A DNA stretch of 64,000 bases from positions 32,001 through 96,000 of IMG/VR virus record IMGVR_UViG_2724679462_000002, one strand, 5' to 3'. The translations under genes were made by a program, and so were the position numbers. Source of the DNA: a virus (taxonomy: Duplodnaviria; Caudoviricetes). Below the pieces are notes generated by a model that worked only from the letters and a program-made list of their open reading frames with translations, had not been told where the DNA came from and did no database searches. Below are positions 19,101 through 29,096 of this stretch, in pieces (position 1 is the first letter of the stretch; each line of letters starts with the position of its first letter).

Positions 19101-19819
19101 GTGAGCAAAATACGTGAAGACTGGCTTGAGCATGAGATCGAAATGGCCGTTGCTGGTGTCGACCCGTTTGGCACGCGCGGACTAAAGAAGGAAGAGGTCA
19201 GGCCGGTGTCTACGGTCTCTACTTCCCCGAGGTGGACCGTGTCTATTTCGGAAAAACCAACAACTTGTACCGCCGCCGGAACAAACACATGTTCGATCTC
19301 GCCAATCGGATCCATCCGAATTGGAAAGTTCAAGGCGCATACGACGCTTCGAACGACAAGCGATTCATGTTTCTTCCATTGGCGTTGCAGGAGAAGGAAG
19401 ACCGCACCCGGGCGGAACAGACTTTGGTCGATCAGTACTGGGAAACCGGCAAAGTTCTCAACATTTCCAAGGATGCGATCGTCCCTGCCAGAGGACAAGT
19501 CTTCACCCGGGAGCGCCTTGAACGGATGTCGCTCATTGCGCGCAAGCACTTTGCCGACAACCCCCATGCACGACAACGGCTTTCCGCAGTCGCTAAGGAA
19601 CAGTGGAGAGATCCGAACTCGCGACAGCTTCTAGTCGAACGGGCACTTCCGAATCTCAAGCTCGGTGTGTCGGCAACATCGAAGAAGGTTCTCGTCGACG
19701 GGGTCCTCTACTTGTCTTACAACGAAGCCGGCAGAGCGCACGGGATCCATCACTCTCACGTCAGCTATCGCATTAACAGCAAGGGTTTCCCCACGTGGAA
19801 ACTCATCGAGCAAGAAGAA
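19101..19819 (+). mobile_element. GIY-YIG homing endonuclease copy 1 (5' end frameshifted; no stop, fused to RNase H)
   Basis: AGVYGLYFPEVDRVYFGKTNNLYRRRNKH...E...LN, then C-terminal VLVDGVLYLSYNEAGRAHG HTH-type motif. Confidence 0.8.
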
Positions 19820-21364
19820 ATGACAACTGAAACCGAAGTCACAGTCAAGGAACAGACCGCAGATGCGGTCAAAGTAGCAATGGGGATGTCCCTTTATGCT
19901 GATGGAGGCGCTTCGCCGAATCCGGGTCCCAGCGGCTGGGGAATCCATGGTTTCCTCTACTCGGACGAGAAGCCGAAGAAGGGAACGGGTAATGGAGGCT
20001 GGCTGTTGACTCAGCGCGGCTACATCACCAAGGCCGACGCTACTCACAGGGGCGGCGTGGCTGAAGTAACACCGATTCATTACGTGGACGGTTACGGCTC
20101 GATTCTCGTGTCCCATTCGCCCAAGAAGCCGACCAACAACGTGGGCGAGCTGATGGCTGCGACGCGCGCACTCGAGCACGCGATCAACTACGAGATCAAA
20201 CGCGTGCTGGTCACTACCGATTCTCAGTACGTGCGCAAGGGCATCGAAGAGTGGGTCGAAGGCTGGCAGCGTAACGGCTGGTTGAAGCGTGACGGCGAAC
20301 CCGTTGCGAACGATGGGCTGTGGAAGGAATTGATCGCAGCGAAGCAGCGACTCGTTGACCGGGGCGTCGAAGTGGCGTTCGCCTGGGTCAAGGGGCACGA
20401 CGGTCATCTGGGCAACGACATTGCCGACAAGCATGCAACCCTCGGCGTTCTGCTTTCGCAGCAAGACATCTTCAAGAGCGACGTGACGACCACGGTCGCT
20501 GACGGCTACTGGAAGTACGATAGCGAACGCCATCCGATGTTGGCAAACCGCCGGATGTACTTCAACACGGTCAAGGAATATCAGAAGCCGGGCGAATACT
20601 ATCTCGGCGAGCATGGAACCGAAGACGACCTGCTGGGCAAGCGCATCAGCGATGGCGCGTACTCGGTCGTGCGACTGAAAGAAGCTGATCCCTCCATCGA
20701 GTTCGTGCGTAACCATACGACCGATCTCGCGTGCGGGATGGATTCCATCGTCATGATTCGACTCGATCAACTCTTCAGCGCGGTCACCCACAAGGAAGTC
20801 ATGCGTTATGGGACGATCGCGATGCCACGGGCGAACCTCGGGCGACTCGATCTGAACTGCTTGGACGAGGAACCGGGGCCGGGCCACAAGCGAAAGCCTC
20901 TGACGCGAGAGTGCCGTCCTCCCAAGCTTGCCATGCGTGCTGTCGAGGCGCTCTCCGATCTGATCGACAAGCTCGAAATGTATCAGGCTGCGAACCCGCT
21001 CGTGACTGCGACGGACCTGACCGAGATACTTTATGAGACACGTGAGAAGCCTGTCGGTAAGAAGGGGGAAACGGTCTCAACCATGGAGCTGCGTCCGCAG
21101 TTTGTGGTTGGCTTTGCAGCACTCGAGGTTCAAGCAAACTACCGCGACGGAGACGGGACTGCACAGGTTCCGGTTACCCTCACGCTGGGCATCGACTTGC
21201 TCAATCGCAATTCGCTCAAGCGTCTGGAGAAGACTCAACCCAAGGTCACCCTACTTACCTGGCTGGAATCCCCCACGGCGTTCCGATACGCCACTGTGGT
21301 GGAAGCAGACGGGGACGTCGGGATCTGGGCGGGCGTCTACTCGAACCTCCGCATGGTCGTATAA
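19820..21364 (+). CDS. rnhA: Ribonuclease HI with phage-specific C-terminal extension
   Basis: YADGGASPNPGPSGWG, TNNVGEL, TDSQYV, WVKGHDGHLGNDIAD; probable own start MTTETEV. Confidence 0.92.
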   Translation: MTTETEVTVKEQTADAVKVAMGMSLYADGGASPNPGPSGWGIHGFLYSDEKPKKGTGNGGWLLTQRGYITKADATHRGGVAEVTPIHYVDGYGSILVSHSPKKPTNNVGELMAATRALEHAINYEIKRVLVTTDSQYVRKGIEEWVEGWQRNGWLKRDGEPVANDGLWKELIAAKQRLVDRGVEVAFAWVKGHDGHLGNDIADKHATLGVLLSQQDIFKSDVTTTVADGYWKYDSERHPMLANRRMYFNTVKEYQKPGEYYLGEHGTEDDLLGKRISDGAYSVVRLKEADPSIEFVRNHTTDLACGMDSIVMIRLDQLFSAVTHKEVMRYGTIAMPRANLGRLDLNCLDEEPGPGHKRKPLTRECRPPKLAMRAVEALSDLIDKLEMYQAANPLVTATDLTEILYETREKPVGKKGETVSTMELRPQFVVGFAALEVQANYRDGDGTAQVPVTLTLGIDLLNRNSLKRLEKTQPKVTLLTWLESPTAFRYATVVEADGDVGIWAGVYSNLRMVV

Positions 21365-21448
21365 CCCTTTCCACGTCCTTTTAAGGCATGGCACTCCCAG
21401 GACAACGTAGGCCCGTTCTGGCTGCCCTGCCGTTCAGGAGTTTTTTCA

Positions 21449-21892
21449 ATGAATCGTGTCACAGACGTCATTCGAGGCCGGTTCTCGGGTGTCACCGTCG
21501 GCATGCGAGTGCGTTTTTCAAGCATGCTCGATCGTCATCTGCCCCAACGCACCAAACGGTTGTTGTTCCTGGCTTCGTTCTCGGCGCAGCTGAAGGCGCC
21601 GCAGGAGTTCAACCGCGACATGTTGCACAAGCTGAACAAGATGCTGGACTTGTCGACGGATGATGCGGCGCTCAAGTTCCCCATCCACATCAGCCGTGCG
21701 ATCTGGCGAAACCGTCCGTTCGAAATGGGCGTGCGATTCGACACCAGAACGCTGCAAGATCAGACGGATGTGCGGGGATTGGGGATGCGGATCGTATCGG
21801 CTATGCCAAAGTGGCTACGCTATGGCGACGATTGCCGGATGCTGGGCGATGTCGAGCGACTGTTGCGCAACTGGCAACAGGTGGGCGCATAG
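21449..21892 (+). CDS. Hypothetical protein (147 aa)
   Basis: AGGAG RBS, clean ORF followed by a family hairpin. Confidence 0.7.
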   Translation: MNRVTDVIRGRFSGVTVGMRVRFSSMLDRHLPQRTKRLLFLASFSAQLKAPQEFNRDMLHKLNKMLDLSTDDAALKFPIHISRAIWRNRPFEMGVRFDTRTLQDQTDVRGLGMRIVSAMPKWLRYGDDCRMLGDVERLLRNWQQVGA

Positions 21893-21899
21893 CGACGCA

Positions 21900-21949
21900 C
21901 GTCATAGAAGCCAGAGAGGGCCTCGCGGTCCCCTCTGGCTCTTATGCCG
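21900..21949. repeat. GGCATAA/TTATGCC hairpin, copy 5 (near reverse complement of copy 3)
   Basis: CGTCATAGAAGCCAGAGAGGGCCTCGCGGTCCCCTCTGGCTCTTATGCCG. Confidence 0.75.
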
Positions 21950-21954
21950 CTTGC

Positions 21955-22773
21955 TTACTTGCTGAATGCCCGGATGGCAACGCCCATCGAGTAGTTCACG
22001 GCCGTCACGAAGGCCTGCACCTTGTAATACACAGCGCTGTACATCTCGAGCTGCGAGGCGATCTGGTACGCCCCTTCCGAGAGCTCCGTCACCACCTGCG
22101 GCGACACGCCTTCCAGTTCGTTGCGTTGAACCTTTCGCTCGATGGCATCGAGCAGCTGACCCGCCTCCTCGATCTTCTTGCTGAGCATGCGACGGTTGAC
22201 CGAGTCCATCTGCTCGCTCACCGCGTTCGTCAGATTGAAAACGCTCTTCCAATCCGCGTTGCGGGCTACCACGTCCCCGAAGGTCCGGTCGGCTTTCGTC
22301 GATCCCGGCTGAAAGCAGGCGCCCAGTTGCTGGTTGTCCAGGTCGCGGGTTCCCTGCAGCTTCTTGTAGTAGCTGGAGTTGAACTCGGAGCTGAACTGGT
22401 GATCGTGGTTGGTGACGAGCTGACCCAGGAACAGCGTGTAGAGCGAGAGCTGGTCCACAATCTTTGTGGCATTTTCCACCGCCTGCGAAAGCGCTTCGCC
22501 ATAGACGAGATAGGGAACCTTCAGGCCTTCCGGCACGCGCGCCGGCAGCGGCGAGATCGACACGTAGTTCCGGCCCGCGATCGCCTCCAGAAACACCTTC
22601 TGCTGGCTGGTGATAGGCGCCGTCGATTTGTCGTTCGGGGATACGAGGTTGTAAAGGTCGCGGAAGCCCGCCTGGATGGCCGGGAAGACCCGATGCAAAA
22701 GACTCCCGGTGTCTTGCAGGGTGAAGGCTTCAAGCGCCACCACGGCGCGTTGGTTCTCGAGCAGAGTCGTCAT
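21955..22773 (-). CDS. Virion head/inner-body-type protein (272 aa)
   Basis: N-terminal ALE motif resembling the phiKZ prohead-protease site (S/A/G-x-E); VPEGL motif; divergent from uvsX. Confidence 0.6.
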   Translation of the reverse strand: MTTLLENQRAVVALEAFTLQDTGSLLHRVFPAIQAGFRDLYNLVSPNDKSTAPITSQQKVFLEAIAGRNYVSISPLPARVPEGLKVPYLVYGEALSQAVENATKIVDQLSLYTLFLGQLVTNHDHQFSSEFNSSYYKKLQGTRDLDNQQLGACFQPGSTKADRTFGDVVARNADWKSVFNLTNAVSEQMDSVNRRMLSKKIEEAGQLLDAIERKVQRNELEGVSPQVVTELSEGAYQIASQLEMYSAVYYKVQAFVTAVNYSMGVAIRAFSK

Positions 22774-22889
22774 AAGGGGTCCGGTGTGAAATAAGCAATA
22801 GGGCAGTTCATAAAAATGTACGAAGTCAAATCCATCTTTTGCGCAAGCGTTAGTTATCGAACATAGACGTCCTTACGAACGAGCAGAAG

Positions 22890-24395
22890 ATGACGATTGA
22901 CTTAAGAACAAAGCTGACACCAGCACCGAATGTCAAGGTGATGATCAATATCGGAGCGGGCTTCGACATTCCGACCGGCCACTACATCAAGGGTCGTCGC
23001 AACGAGTCGATCCTGAACGGTGGTTTGGCGCCGTTGACCGGCATTACGGGTATCGGCAACAACTTCAAATCTACGACCGAGCACTACATGATGCTGACCG
23101 CGATGTCACGCATGCTGTACTCGGCAGCAAAGACGTACGACACCGAAGTCAACATCCACGAATGGCACTACCGCGAATTCGTCGCCCGAACGGAAGCGTT
23201 CCACGGCGAGGATGTGCTGGAGTCGCAGCGCTGGTCGATCACCGACAAGACGGTCTACGTCGGCGATGAGTGGTACAAGAACCACAAGAACGAGCTGGAG
23301 GAGAAGAGCAAGCGGAAGGACATCATCGTCAATACGCCATTCTTCAATCGCGAGCGCACGGGCGCATTCACCATGCTGATCCCGACGTTCACCGAGATCG
23401 ACTCGTTCACCGAGTTCGAGACATCGGACGTGATCGAAATGCAGGACAAGAACGATCTGGGCGAATCCGGCGGCAACACGATTCACATGCGTCAGGGCCT
23501 GGCGAAGCTGCGTATCTTGATGGAAGCGCCGCGTCTGCACGGTCAGGCCTACGACTACCTCCTCATGACTGCACACCTCGGCAAAGAGTCGACGATGCAG
23601 AATGCCGGTCCGGCCGGCTCCGTGCCGATCCAGAAGCTCAAGCACCTGAAGAACGGCGACAAGATCAAGGGTACGACCGACAAGTTCACCTTCATCACGC
23701 ACAACTGCTGGCACTGCTACAACTCGGCGCCCTTGCTCGACGGCAACCGCGCGCCGGAGTATCCGCGCAATCAGGACGACACGCTCAAGCTCGACACCGA
23801 TCTGAACACGGTGCAGCTGCGCAATCTGCGCTCGAAGTCAGGCGCATCTGGCATGGCGTTCACGCTGATCGTGTCACAGTCGGAAGGTGTGTTGCCGTCT
23901 CTCACCGAGTTCCATCACATCAAGGAACAGGGTCGCTACGGGCTGGAAGGCAACAACATCAACTACAGCCTCGTGCTGTATCCGGACTGCAAGCTGCAAC
24001 GCACAACGGTTCGTCGCAAGATCGACAATGATCCGCTGCTGCGCCGGGCGCTCAACATCACGAGCGAGATGTGCCAGATGAGCTATCTGTGGCACACCAT
24101 GGCGCCGGAACTGAAGCTGACGTCGAAGCAACTCTTCGACAGCCTGAAGGCACTGGGCTTCGACTGGAACGTCCTGCTGACGACCCGCGGCTGGTGGACG
24201 CATGAGCTGGGCGAAGCGCACGAGCTGCCGTTCCTTTCGACGATGGACCTGCTGCGCATGACGCTGCCGAAGGAACACCCGGACCATTACTTCCCGTACT
24301 GGATGGGTGAAGACAAGCGTCCGCTGCCGCAGTATCAAGAACTGATTCAACGCATTGCCGAACGCGACGGTCTCCTGCACGCGATGGCAGCCTAA
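22890..24395 (+). CDS. uvsX: UvsX/RecA-like recombinase (phiKZ gp152-like)
   Basis: INIGAGFDIPTG, P-loop GIGNNFKST, YDTE, IDSF, TAHLG, RSKSG. Confidence 0.85.
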   Translation: MTIDLRTKLTPAPNVKVMINIGAGFDIPTGHYIKGRRNESILNGGLAPLTGITGIGNNFKSTTEHYMMLTAMSRMLYSAAKTYDTEVNIHEWHYREFVARTEAFHGEDVLESQRWSITDKTVYVGDEWYKNHKNELEEKSKRKDIIVNTPFFNRERTGAFTMLIPTFTEIDSFTEFETSDVIEMQDKNDLGESGGNTIHMRQGLAKLRILMEAPRLHGQAYDYLLMTAHLGKESTMQNAGPAGSVPIQKLKHLKNGDKIKGTTDKFTFITHNCWHCYNSAPLLDGNRAPEYPRNQDDTLKLDTDLNTVQLRNLRSKSGASGMAFTLIVSQSEGVLPSLTEFHHIKEQGRYGLEGNNINYSLVLYPDCKLQRTTVRRKIDNDPLLRRALNITSEMCQMSYLWHTMAPELKLTSKQLFDSLKALGFDWNVLLTTRGWWTHELGEAHELPFLSTMDLLRMTLPKEHPDHYFPYWMGEDKRPLPQYQELIQRIAERDGLLHAMAA

Positions 24396-24408
24396 TCAAG
24401 AGGTCCCT

Positions 24409-24735
24409 ATGGACGCAGACAAGCAAGAAAAGATCTCGCAAGTTCACCCCTACCTGCAAGCAAACCTCGCAGTCGTGATGGATCCCGTCAACGGCACCTT
24501 TAAGTTCCGCGTCGGCGAGGAAGTTCGCCACACCAAGGGCGGCGTCTACATCATCACGGGCCTGCCGAGCGAGTACGTGCTCGAGCATTCCCGCGAGCCG
24601 GCTTACGCGTACATGATGATCGACGGCCGCATCTGCGTTCGTTCGCAGGCGGAGATGGAAGACGGTCGATTTGAATCCGTTCCGGAAGGAACTGCCCTCG
24701 CCTACGCTGCCGAGAAGCAAGCCGCTGACCGGTGA
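24409..24735 (+). CDS. Small protein, DUF1653-like
   Basis: GAGG RBS; VRHTKGGVY...Y...ICVRSQAEMEDGRF pattern. Confidence 0.55.
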   Translation: MDADKQEKISQVHPYLQANLAVVMDPVNGTFKFRVGEEVRHTKGGVYIITGLPSEYVLEHSREPAYAYMMIDGRICVRSQAEMEDGRFESVPEGTALAYAAEKQAADR

Positions 24736-24801
24736 ATCGTGCTGCCGCGCTCAATGTGCGGTAGCGCACGTTAATAAGATTACTAGAGAATTTTTACTGC
24801 C

Positions 24802-25158
24802 ATGACTCATGATGTAGAAGAAACCTCCACCGAGGTACCCGCAGGTGAAGCCATCGAGAATCTCGTCGCCCACGTGACGCAACTTCTCATCGCCAAGGAC
24901 CATCCGAATCCGGAAGCATGGAAGCAGTATCTCCAGCCCGGCGTGGACACCCTGCCCGATCCAGACTACCAGCAGTTCGCGATCAATCGCGCATGGCGTG
25001 TGATCCTCGGCAAGCTCAACGAGGCCAAGGGCGTCGACACGATGGACGTGCGTTACTGCCTGATCGATCAGAAGGGTTCGGTGGAGAACTGGAAACGTCT
25101 GTTCGAAATGGGAGTCCTGCCTTGCATCATCGAGCACTCGCTGCCCCTCTCGGAATGA
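24802..25158 (+). CDS. Hypothetical protein (118 aa)
   Basis: Clean ORF; ATGA overlap with the next gene. Confidence 0.7.
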   Translation: MTHDVEETSTEVPAGEAIENLVAHVTQLLIAKDHPNPEAWKQYLQPGVDTLPDPDYQQFAINRAWRVILGKLNEAKGVDTMDVRYCLIDQKGSVENWKRLFEMGVLPCIIEHSLPLSE

Positions 25159-25688
25159 TCGAGCACTGTGCGTTGTCACATGCAGCAATCGGCGACTTCG
25201 GTGAGGCGATTGTCGTGGCCGGTGGTCGTAACTTCAACGACTACGCACAGTTCGTCGATTGCCTCGAAGCGTATCTCTGCATGGAGCTTCCCACGGCTCG
25301 ACCGATCTTCATCTCTGGGAAAGCCAGTCGCGGTCCAGATTCTATGATTATCCGATGGTGCCGTGAGAACGGCCGCGCGTGGACTGAGTTCCCGGCAGAT
25401 TGGGATGATCTGACAGTGCCTGGTGCTGTGATCCGAATCAATCGCCGTGGTAAGCGGTACAACGCTGCGGCAGGTCATTTCCGCAACCGCCTCATGGCTC
25501 AACACGCGACTCACGTCGTGTGCTTCTGGGATGGCCGCTCACCGGGCACCCGGAACATGATCGACGAGGCGCGCCGCTGTCAGATCGAACCCAAGATCTT
25601 TTTGATCGATCCTGATAGGAAAGAAAGCAATGACCAAAGCTTTAGGGAAGAGAGCCGAGACCGAGGCGTTAGGTGCGGACTCGTCTGA
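25155..25688 (+). CDS. SLOG-superfamily (YspA/DUF2493-like) protein
   Basis: IVVAGGRNFNDY, ISGKASRGPD, PADW, AGHFRNRLM, FWDGRSPGTRNMI; start moved to ATG 25155. Confidence 0.85.
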   Translation: MIEHCALSHAAIGDFGEAIVVAGGRNFNDYAQFVDCLEAYLCMELPTARPIFISGKASRGPDSMIIRWCRENGRAWTEFPADWDDLTVPGAVIRINRRGKRYNAAAGHFRNRLMAQHATHVVCFWDGRSPGTRNMIDEARRCQIEPKIFLIDPDRKESNDQSFREESRDRGVRCGLV

Positions 25689-26460
25689 GCAAAAACCGCC
25701 AGGTCGCCGCGGACTCTATCTGATTGGTGATCTGACGAACGGGAAGATGTACATCGGAAGTAGCGAAAATGTGCCGAGAAGAGTATCTCAACATTTCAGC
25801 GACCTTCGCGGTGAGCGACACAGCAACATTCATCTTCAGAGATCGTTCAACCTGGGACACGTGTTCAGCGTTCAGCCAATCTACACCGACCGGGAAACTG
25901 ACATTCGCGGCGTTGAAAGAAACCTGATCGAGGAGTTCAATCGAAAAGACTTCCTCTACAACATCGCCCTGGACACGACGGCTCCAACACTAGGGACGAA
26001 GTGGACGGAAGAGCAACGGGCGAAGATTCTCGCTTAGCGCGCCGGCTACCGACATTCCCCCGAGACAAAGGAGCGAATTCGGCAGGCCAACCTTGGTAAG
26101 ACGATGTCAGAGGAGTCACGAAGCAGAATGAGCGCGTCTCGTACTGGCAAAAAGCTCTCCGCTGAACATGTCGAGAACGTCAGGGCAAGCCTAACTGGCA
26201 GGAAACACACCGAAGAAGCGAAAGCTCGCATGAGTGTTGCGCAGCGAAGCGTTTCATGGTCCAGAACGACGCGAAGCGATGCGATGCGACAGAATCTTGC
26301 CGCAAACATCACCGGTCAGAACAAGCACGGATCTACGCCGGTTACGATCAACGGAGTCGAGTACCCCAGCATTCTCGCCGCGTCGCGAGCGCTAGGCGTT
26401 CCGAACCAAACGCTACATTACCGGTTAAGCAAGGGCTACTATGACGACCAAGAATCGTAA
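25630..26460 (+). mobile_element. GIY-YIG homing endonuclease copy 2 with NUMOD3 repeats, interrupted by an in-frame TAG (26035-26037)
   Basis: GLYLIGDLTNGKMYIGSS...R...H...E...YN; the same frame continues past TAG with RHSPETKERI, KHTEEAKARMS and VTINGVEYPSILAASRALG. Confidence 0.88.
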
Positions 26461-27124
26461 GATCACTGAGGATTTCATCCTGAAGTACATCGGAAAACTG
26501 ATTCCTGGGTCGGAAACGAATGCCCAGTTGTATAAGGACCTGTTCGCCCGGATGGACGACAAGGCGTTCGATGACTGGATGGGCAAGCTCGCTCGCAAGG
26601 AAATCCGGCTGGCGATCATCGCGCCGAACCTCTCGAAGGAGAAAGTGACCATCCCCAACAATCTCGCCATCGGCGACGAGCTGGGACACAACTTCTTCGA
26701 GCGACTCTGGATCGACAACGGCAACGACATTCCGCCGTATCTCTCGCCGGTAAAGTATCTCGTGGGCGACATCACGCTGCGCCGTCAGGCACAGGTGCTG
26801 GTGAAGAAGATCTCGATTCCCGAGGACAATCGCAGCGTCGACGACATGACCGGCCAGCCTTCGGGCAAGTCGGAAGCAAGCAAGATCTCCTACCCGGAAA
26901 CGCAGGTGCTGTCGGCACTCAAGCTCGACAAGAACATCGCGGAAATGATCAGCTTGCGCGGCGGCGATACACAAGGCTTTAACGCAATGAACGACAGCTT
27001 CGCTCGTACGGGCGGAGCGTCACAGAAGGCCATCGAGCATCTGCGCGGTGGCGTGAAATCCACGCAGGCACTGAACACCATCCTAACGGCAATGCACTAT
27101 CAGGTGTCAGGCCTCGTAACCTAA
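26441..27124 (+). CDS. Virion RNA polymerase beta subunit, C-terminal part (phiKZ gp149-like)
   Basis: LRRQAQVLVKKIS, DDMTGQP, SKISYPE (counterpart of beta GQRxGEME region), RGGD. Confidence 0.8.
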   Translation: MTTKNRKITEDFILKYIGKLIPGSETNAQLYKDLFARMDDKAFDDWMGKLARKEIRLAIIAPNLSKEKVTIPNNLAIGDELGHNFFERLWIDNGNDIPPYLSPVKYLVGDITLRRQAQVLVKKISIPEDNRSVDDMTGQPSGKSEASKISYPETQVLSALKLDKNIAEMISLRGGDTQGFNAMNDSFARTGGASQKAIEHLRGGVKSTQALNTILTAMHYQVSGLVT

Positions 27125-27135
27125 GGAGACGGAGC

Positions 27136-27669
27136 ATGAGTCTCCTACCCAACGAACTCATCGAAACCGGCGAAGTCTTCGTGGCAAGCATGCAGCACGT
27201 GCTAGCTAACTGCATGCGCATGAGCGAAGAACGTTACGGCAAGCTTTCGAAGTTCGTGTACTCAATGGTGCTGGCTGAAAAGCCGTACATGATCGCAAGC
27301 CCGAAAGGCGTTCAGCATGCGATCGAACTTGTTTTCGAAGATGAAGTGATCCGCGACTTTGTCTTCACGTTGGGCTTCACCTTCCTCGCGCGTTGGGGCG
27401 GTTTGGGTCGCTATAGCGAGTTGGTGCAAGCCCTTGCATTTGCAGTAAGTGGGGACGGCAATCCTGTTCGAGGACAGGAATCGCTCGTCATGATGCCCGC
27501 CGAAATCGGGGATCTCTTGCCTGATCCCGAGGGTGTGCTGACTCTCCTTCAACAAAACAAATGGCTGGTGACGCTGTTGATGATCCAGCTGTTCGTTCTC
27601 GTCCCGGAACCTCCGAAGGCGAGCAAACGCAACGTGCAAGACCAAGCGCGCGATACGACTAACCCGTAA
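27136..27669 (+). CDS. Hypothetical protein (177 aa)
   Basis: AAGGAG/GGAG RBS, operonic. Confidence 0.7.
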   Translation: MSLLPNELIETGEVFVASMQHVLANCMRMSEERYGKLSKFVYSMVLAEKPYMIASPKGVQHAIELVFEDEVIRDFVFTLGFTFLARWGGLGRYSELVQALAFAVSGDGNPVRGQESLVMMPAEIGDLLPDPEGVLTLLQQNKWLVTLLMIQLFVLVPEPPKASKRNVQDQARDTTNP

Positions 27670-27680
27670 AGCGTGCGAAC

Positions 27681-28391
27681 ATGGCAGCCAATAAAAAGAT
27701 CGAGACGATTCTGGTGGAGCTTGACTGCTTGCTGGATACACGTCTGGGAACAATCGAACGCATGGGCGAAGAACTCGCCGCTCGCGTTCTGACGCCTGCT
27801 TACCTGGCCAGGGAGCAGGATGTCTTTGACGGCGTCGATCGGGAAGCCTTCCGGCAACTCTATCAAGCCCGTGATGTTGAAACACTGAAGCACTCGAAGG
27901 TTACGGCGCTAACAACTCGGTTTCGCGAACTCACCACGTTCCTGACCGAGATGGCGATCGAGCGTCCCTATTTCGATGGGGTCCAGATTGCTGTAAATAC
28001 GTTTCCGTACGTCCTCGATGCAGCGACGGCAGACGCAATTGGCAAAGCTGTGACGGCTTGGATTGGGGGCAACGTCCCCGTCGAACTCGTCTCTATCCGC
28101 CCTGAGCAACTGACGCCCGCAGTCGTGAAGACGCATTACGCAATGCTGTTCATGTACGAGTACGAAGCCTGGATGAACATGCACGCGGAGGCATTCAAGG
28201 ATACTCGGCTCAATGAGGTCCACCTTATCGCCCCTGCGCTGTACTTCAATGAGAAACCGGACGAGAAAACCCTGAAGTCACTCGTCCGCGACGCGGCTCA
28301 TCCGTTCATTGCGATGACCATGCTCGCCTCGCCACTTGTCGGGCTCGAACTCATCGACATCAGGTATTTCAGCATAGTTTCAGCACCGTAA
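27681..28391 (+). CDS. Conserved jumbo-phage protein, degenerate HAD-like N-terminus
   Basis: ILVELDCLLDTRLG and VNTFPYVL motifs. Confidence 0.65.
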   Translation: MAANKKIETILVELDCLLDTRLGTIERMGEELAARVLTPAYLAREQDVFDGVDREAFRQLYQARDVETLKHSKVTALTTRFRELTTFLTEMAIERPYFDGVQIAVNTFPYVLDAATADAIGKAVTAWIGGNVPVELVSIRPEQLTPAVVKTHYAMLFMYEYEAWMNMHAEAFKDTRLNEVHLIAPALYFNEKPDEKTLKSLVRDAAHPFIAMTMLASPLVGLELIDIRYFSIVSAP

Positions 28392-28397
28392 GACGAC

Positions 28398-28460
28398 CGG
28401 CATAAACCCCCTCCCACTCCCCGCCCGATTCTTTCTGGGCAGGTTGTGGGAGGAGGTTAG
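28398..28460. repeat. GGCATAA hairpin, copy 6 (degenerate)
   Basis: CGGCATAAACCCCCTCCCAC...GTGGGAGGAGGTT between convergent genes. Confidence 0.55.
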
Positions 28461-28468
28461 ACGCGCGG

Positions 28469-28975
28469 TTACACGTCTTGCTGGCCCACTCCTCGGTCAA
28501 AGGATTGGGCCATAAAGGTGTCGACGTCCATCTGGGGAGCATCCGTTGCGATCTCCCCAGGTACCAAGTGCGGGTCCGGTATGTCGGTAGGCAGCGTCGG
28601 AATCGCTGCGCGCGGTGCGTCGCCTCGGCCCGCGTGATTGATGCCCGGCGCGGTGAGCACCTGCGCGATGAGTGCAGCGGCGGCCTGTGCGGACGCGGCT
28701 GTTTTCTCGTCGGTCTTCAAGCGCTTCTTGCCGAGAGCTGAGCGGTCCATGCCGTCAAGCGCTTGCAGCAGCACCATCTTGTCGCCACGTTCGAGTTCCT
28801 TCAGCTTCTCGCCGTTGGTGCCCATCATCTGCGTGACGATCTGCTGGCGCTTGCGCTGTGTGAAGTTGAGAACCTGGTCCTCGTTCTCGATGACCTCTAT
28901 GTTTTGAATCGCCGCATCCGAACCACTGGTTTCAGGGACGCGGTCATATTCATCCTGTTCATACGGGCCGGACAT
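28469..28975 (-). CDS. Conserved hypothetical protein (168 aa)
   Basis: Start moved to ATG 28975 with GGAGGT RBS. Confidence 0.7.
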   Translation of the reverse strand: MSGPYEQDEYDRVPETSGSDAAIQNIEVIENEDQVLNFTQRKRQQIVTQMMGTNGEKLKELERGDKMVLLQALDGMDRSALGKKRLKTDEKTAASAQAAAALIAQVLTAPGINHAGRGDAPRAAIPTLPTDIPDPHLVPGEIATDAPQMDVDTFMAQSFDRGVGQQDV

Positions 28976-29011
28976 AGTCCACCTCCAATAAAAGCTCAAA
29001 AGAATCTCGGG

Positions 29012-29030
29012 TACATATTATTTTCATGAG
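29012..29030 (+). promoter_or_regulatory. Putative early (vRNAP) promoter
   Basis: TACATATTATTTTCATGAG; aligns with CACATATCACTAACTTGAA at 51857 and resembles the phiKZ early TATATTAC motif. Confidence 0.5.
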
Positions 29031-29096
29031 CGATTTACGTGAGGTATTCGTTAATCAAGCATCTTCACAAGACATTTTACAAATCGGAGTAAAGAA

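Noticed and set aside
19038-19634. 198-aa ORF as an independent gene
   Set aside because: Only the stretch to about 19195 looks coding; the rest is an off-frame reading of the GIY-YIG gene
26035-26037. Genome-wide stop-codon reassignment
   Set aside because: TAG and TGA both end apparently full-length genes in this window, and core genes have no internal stops
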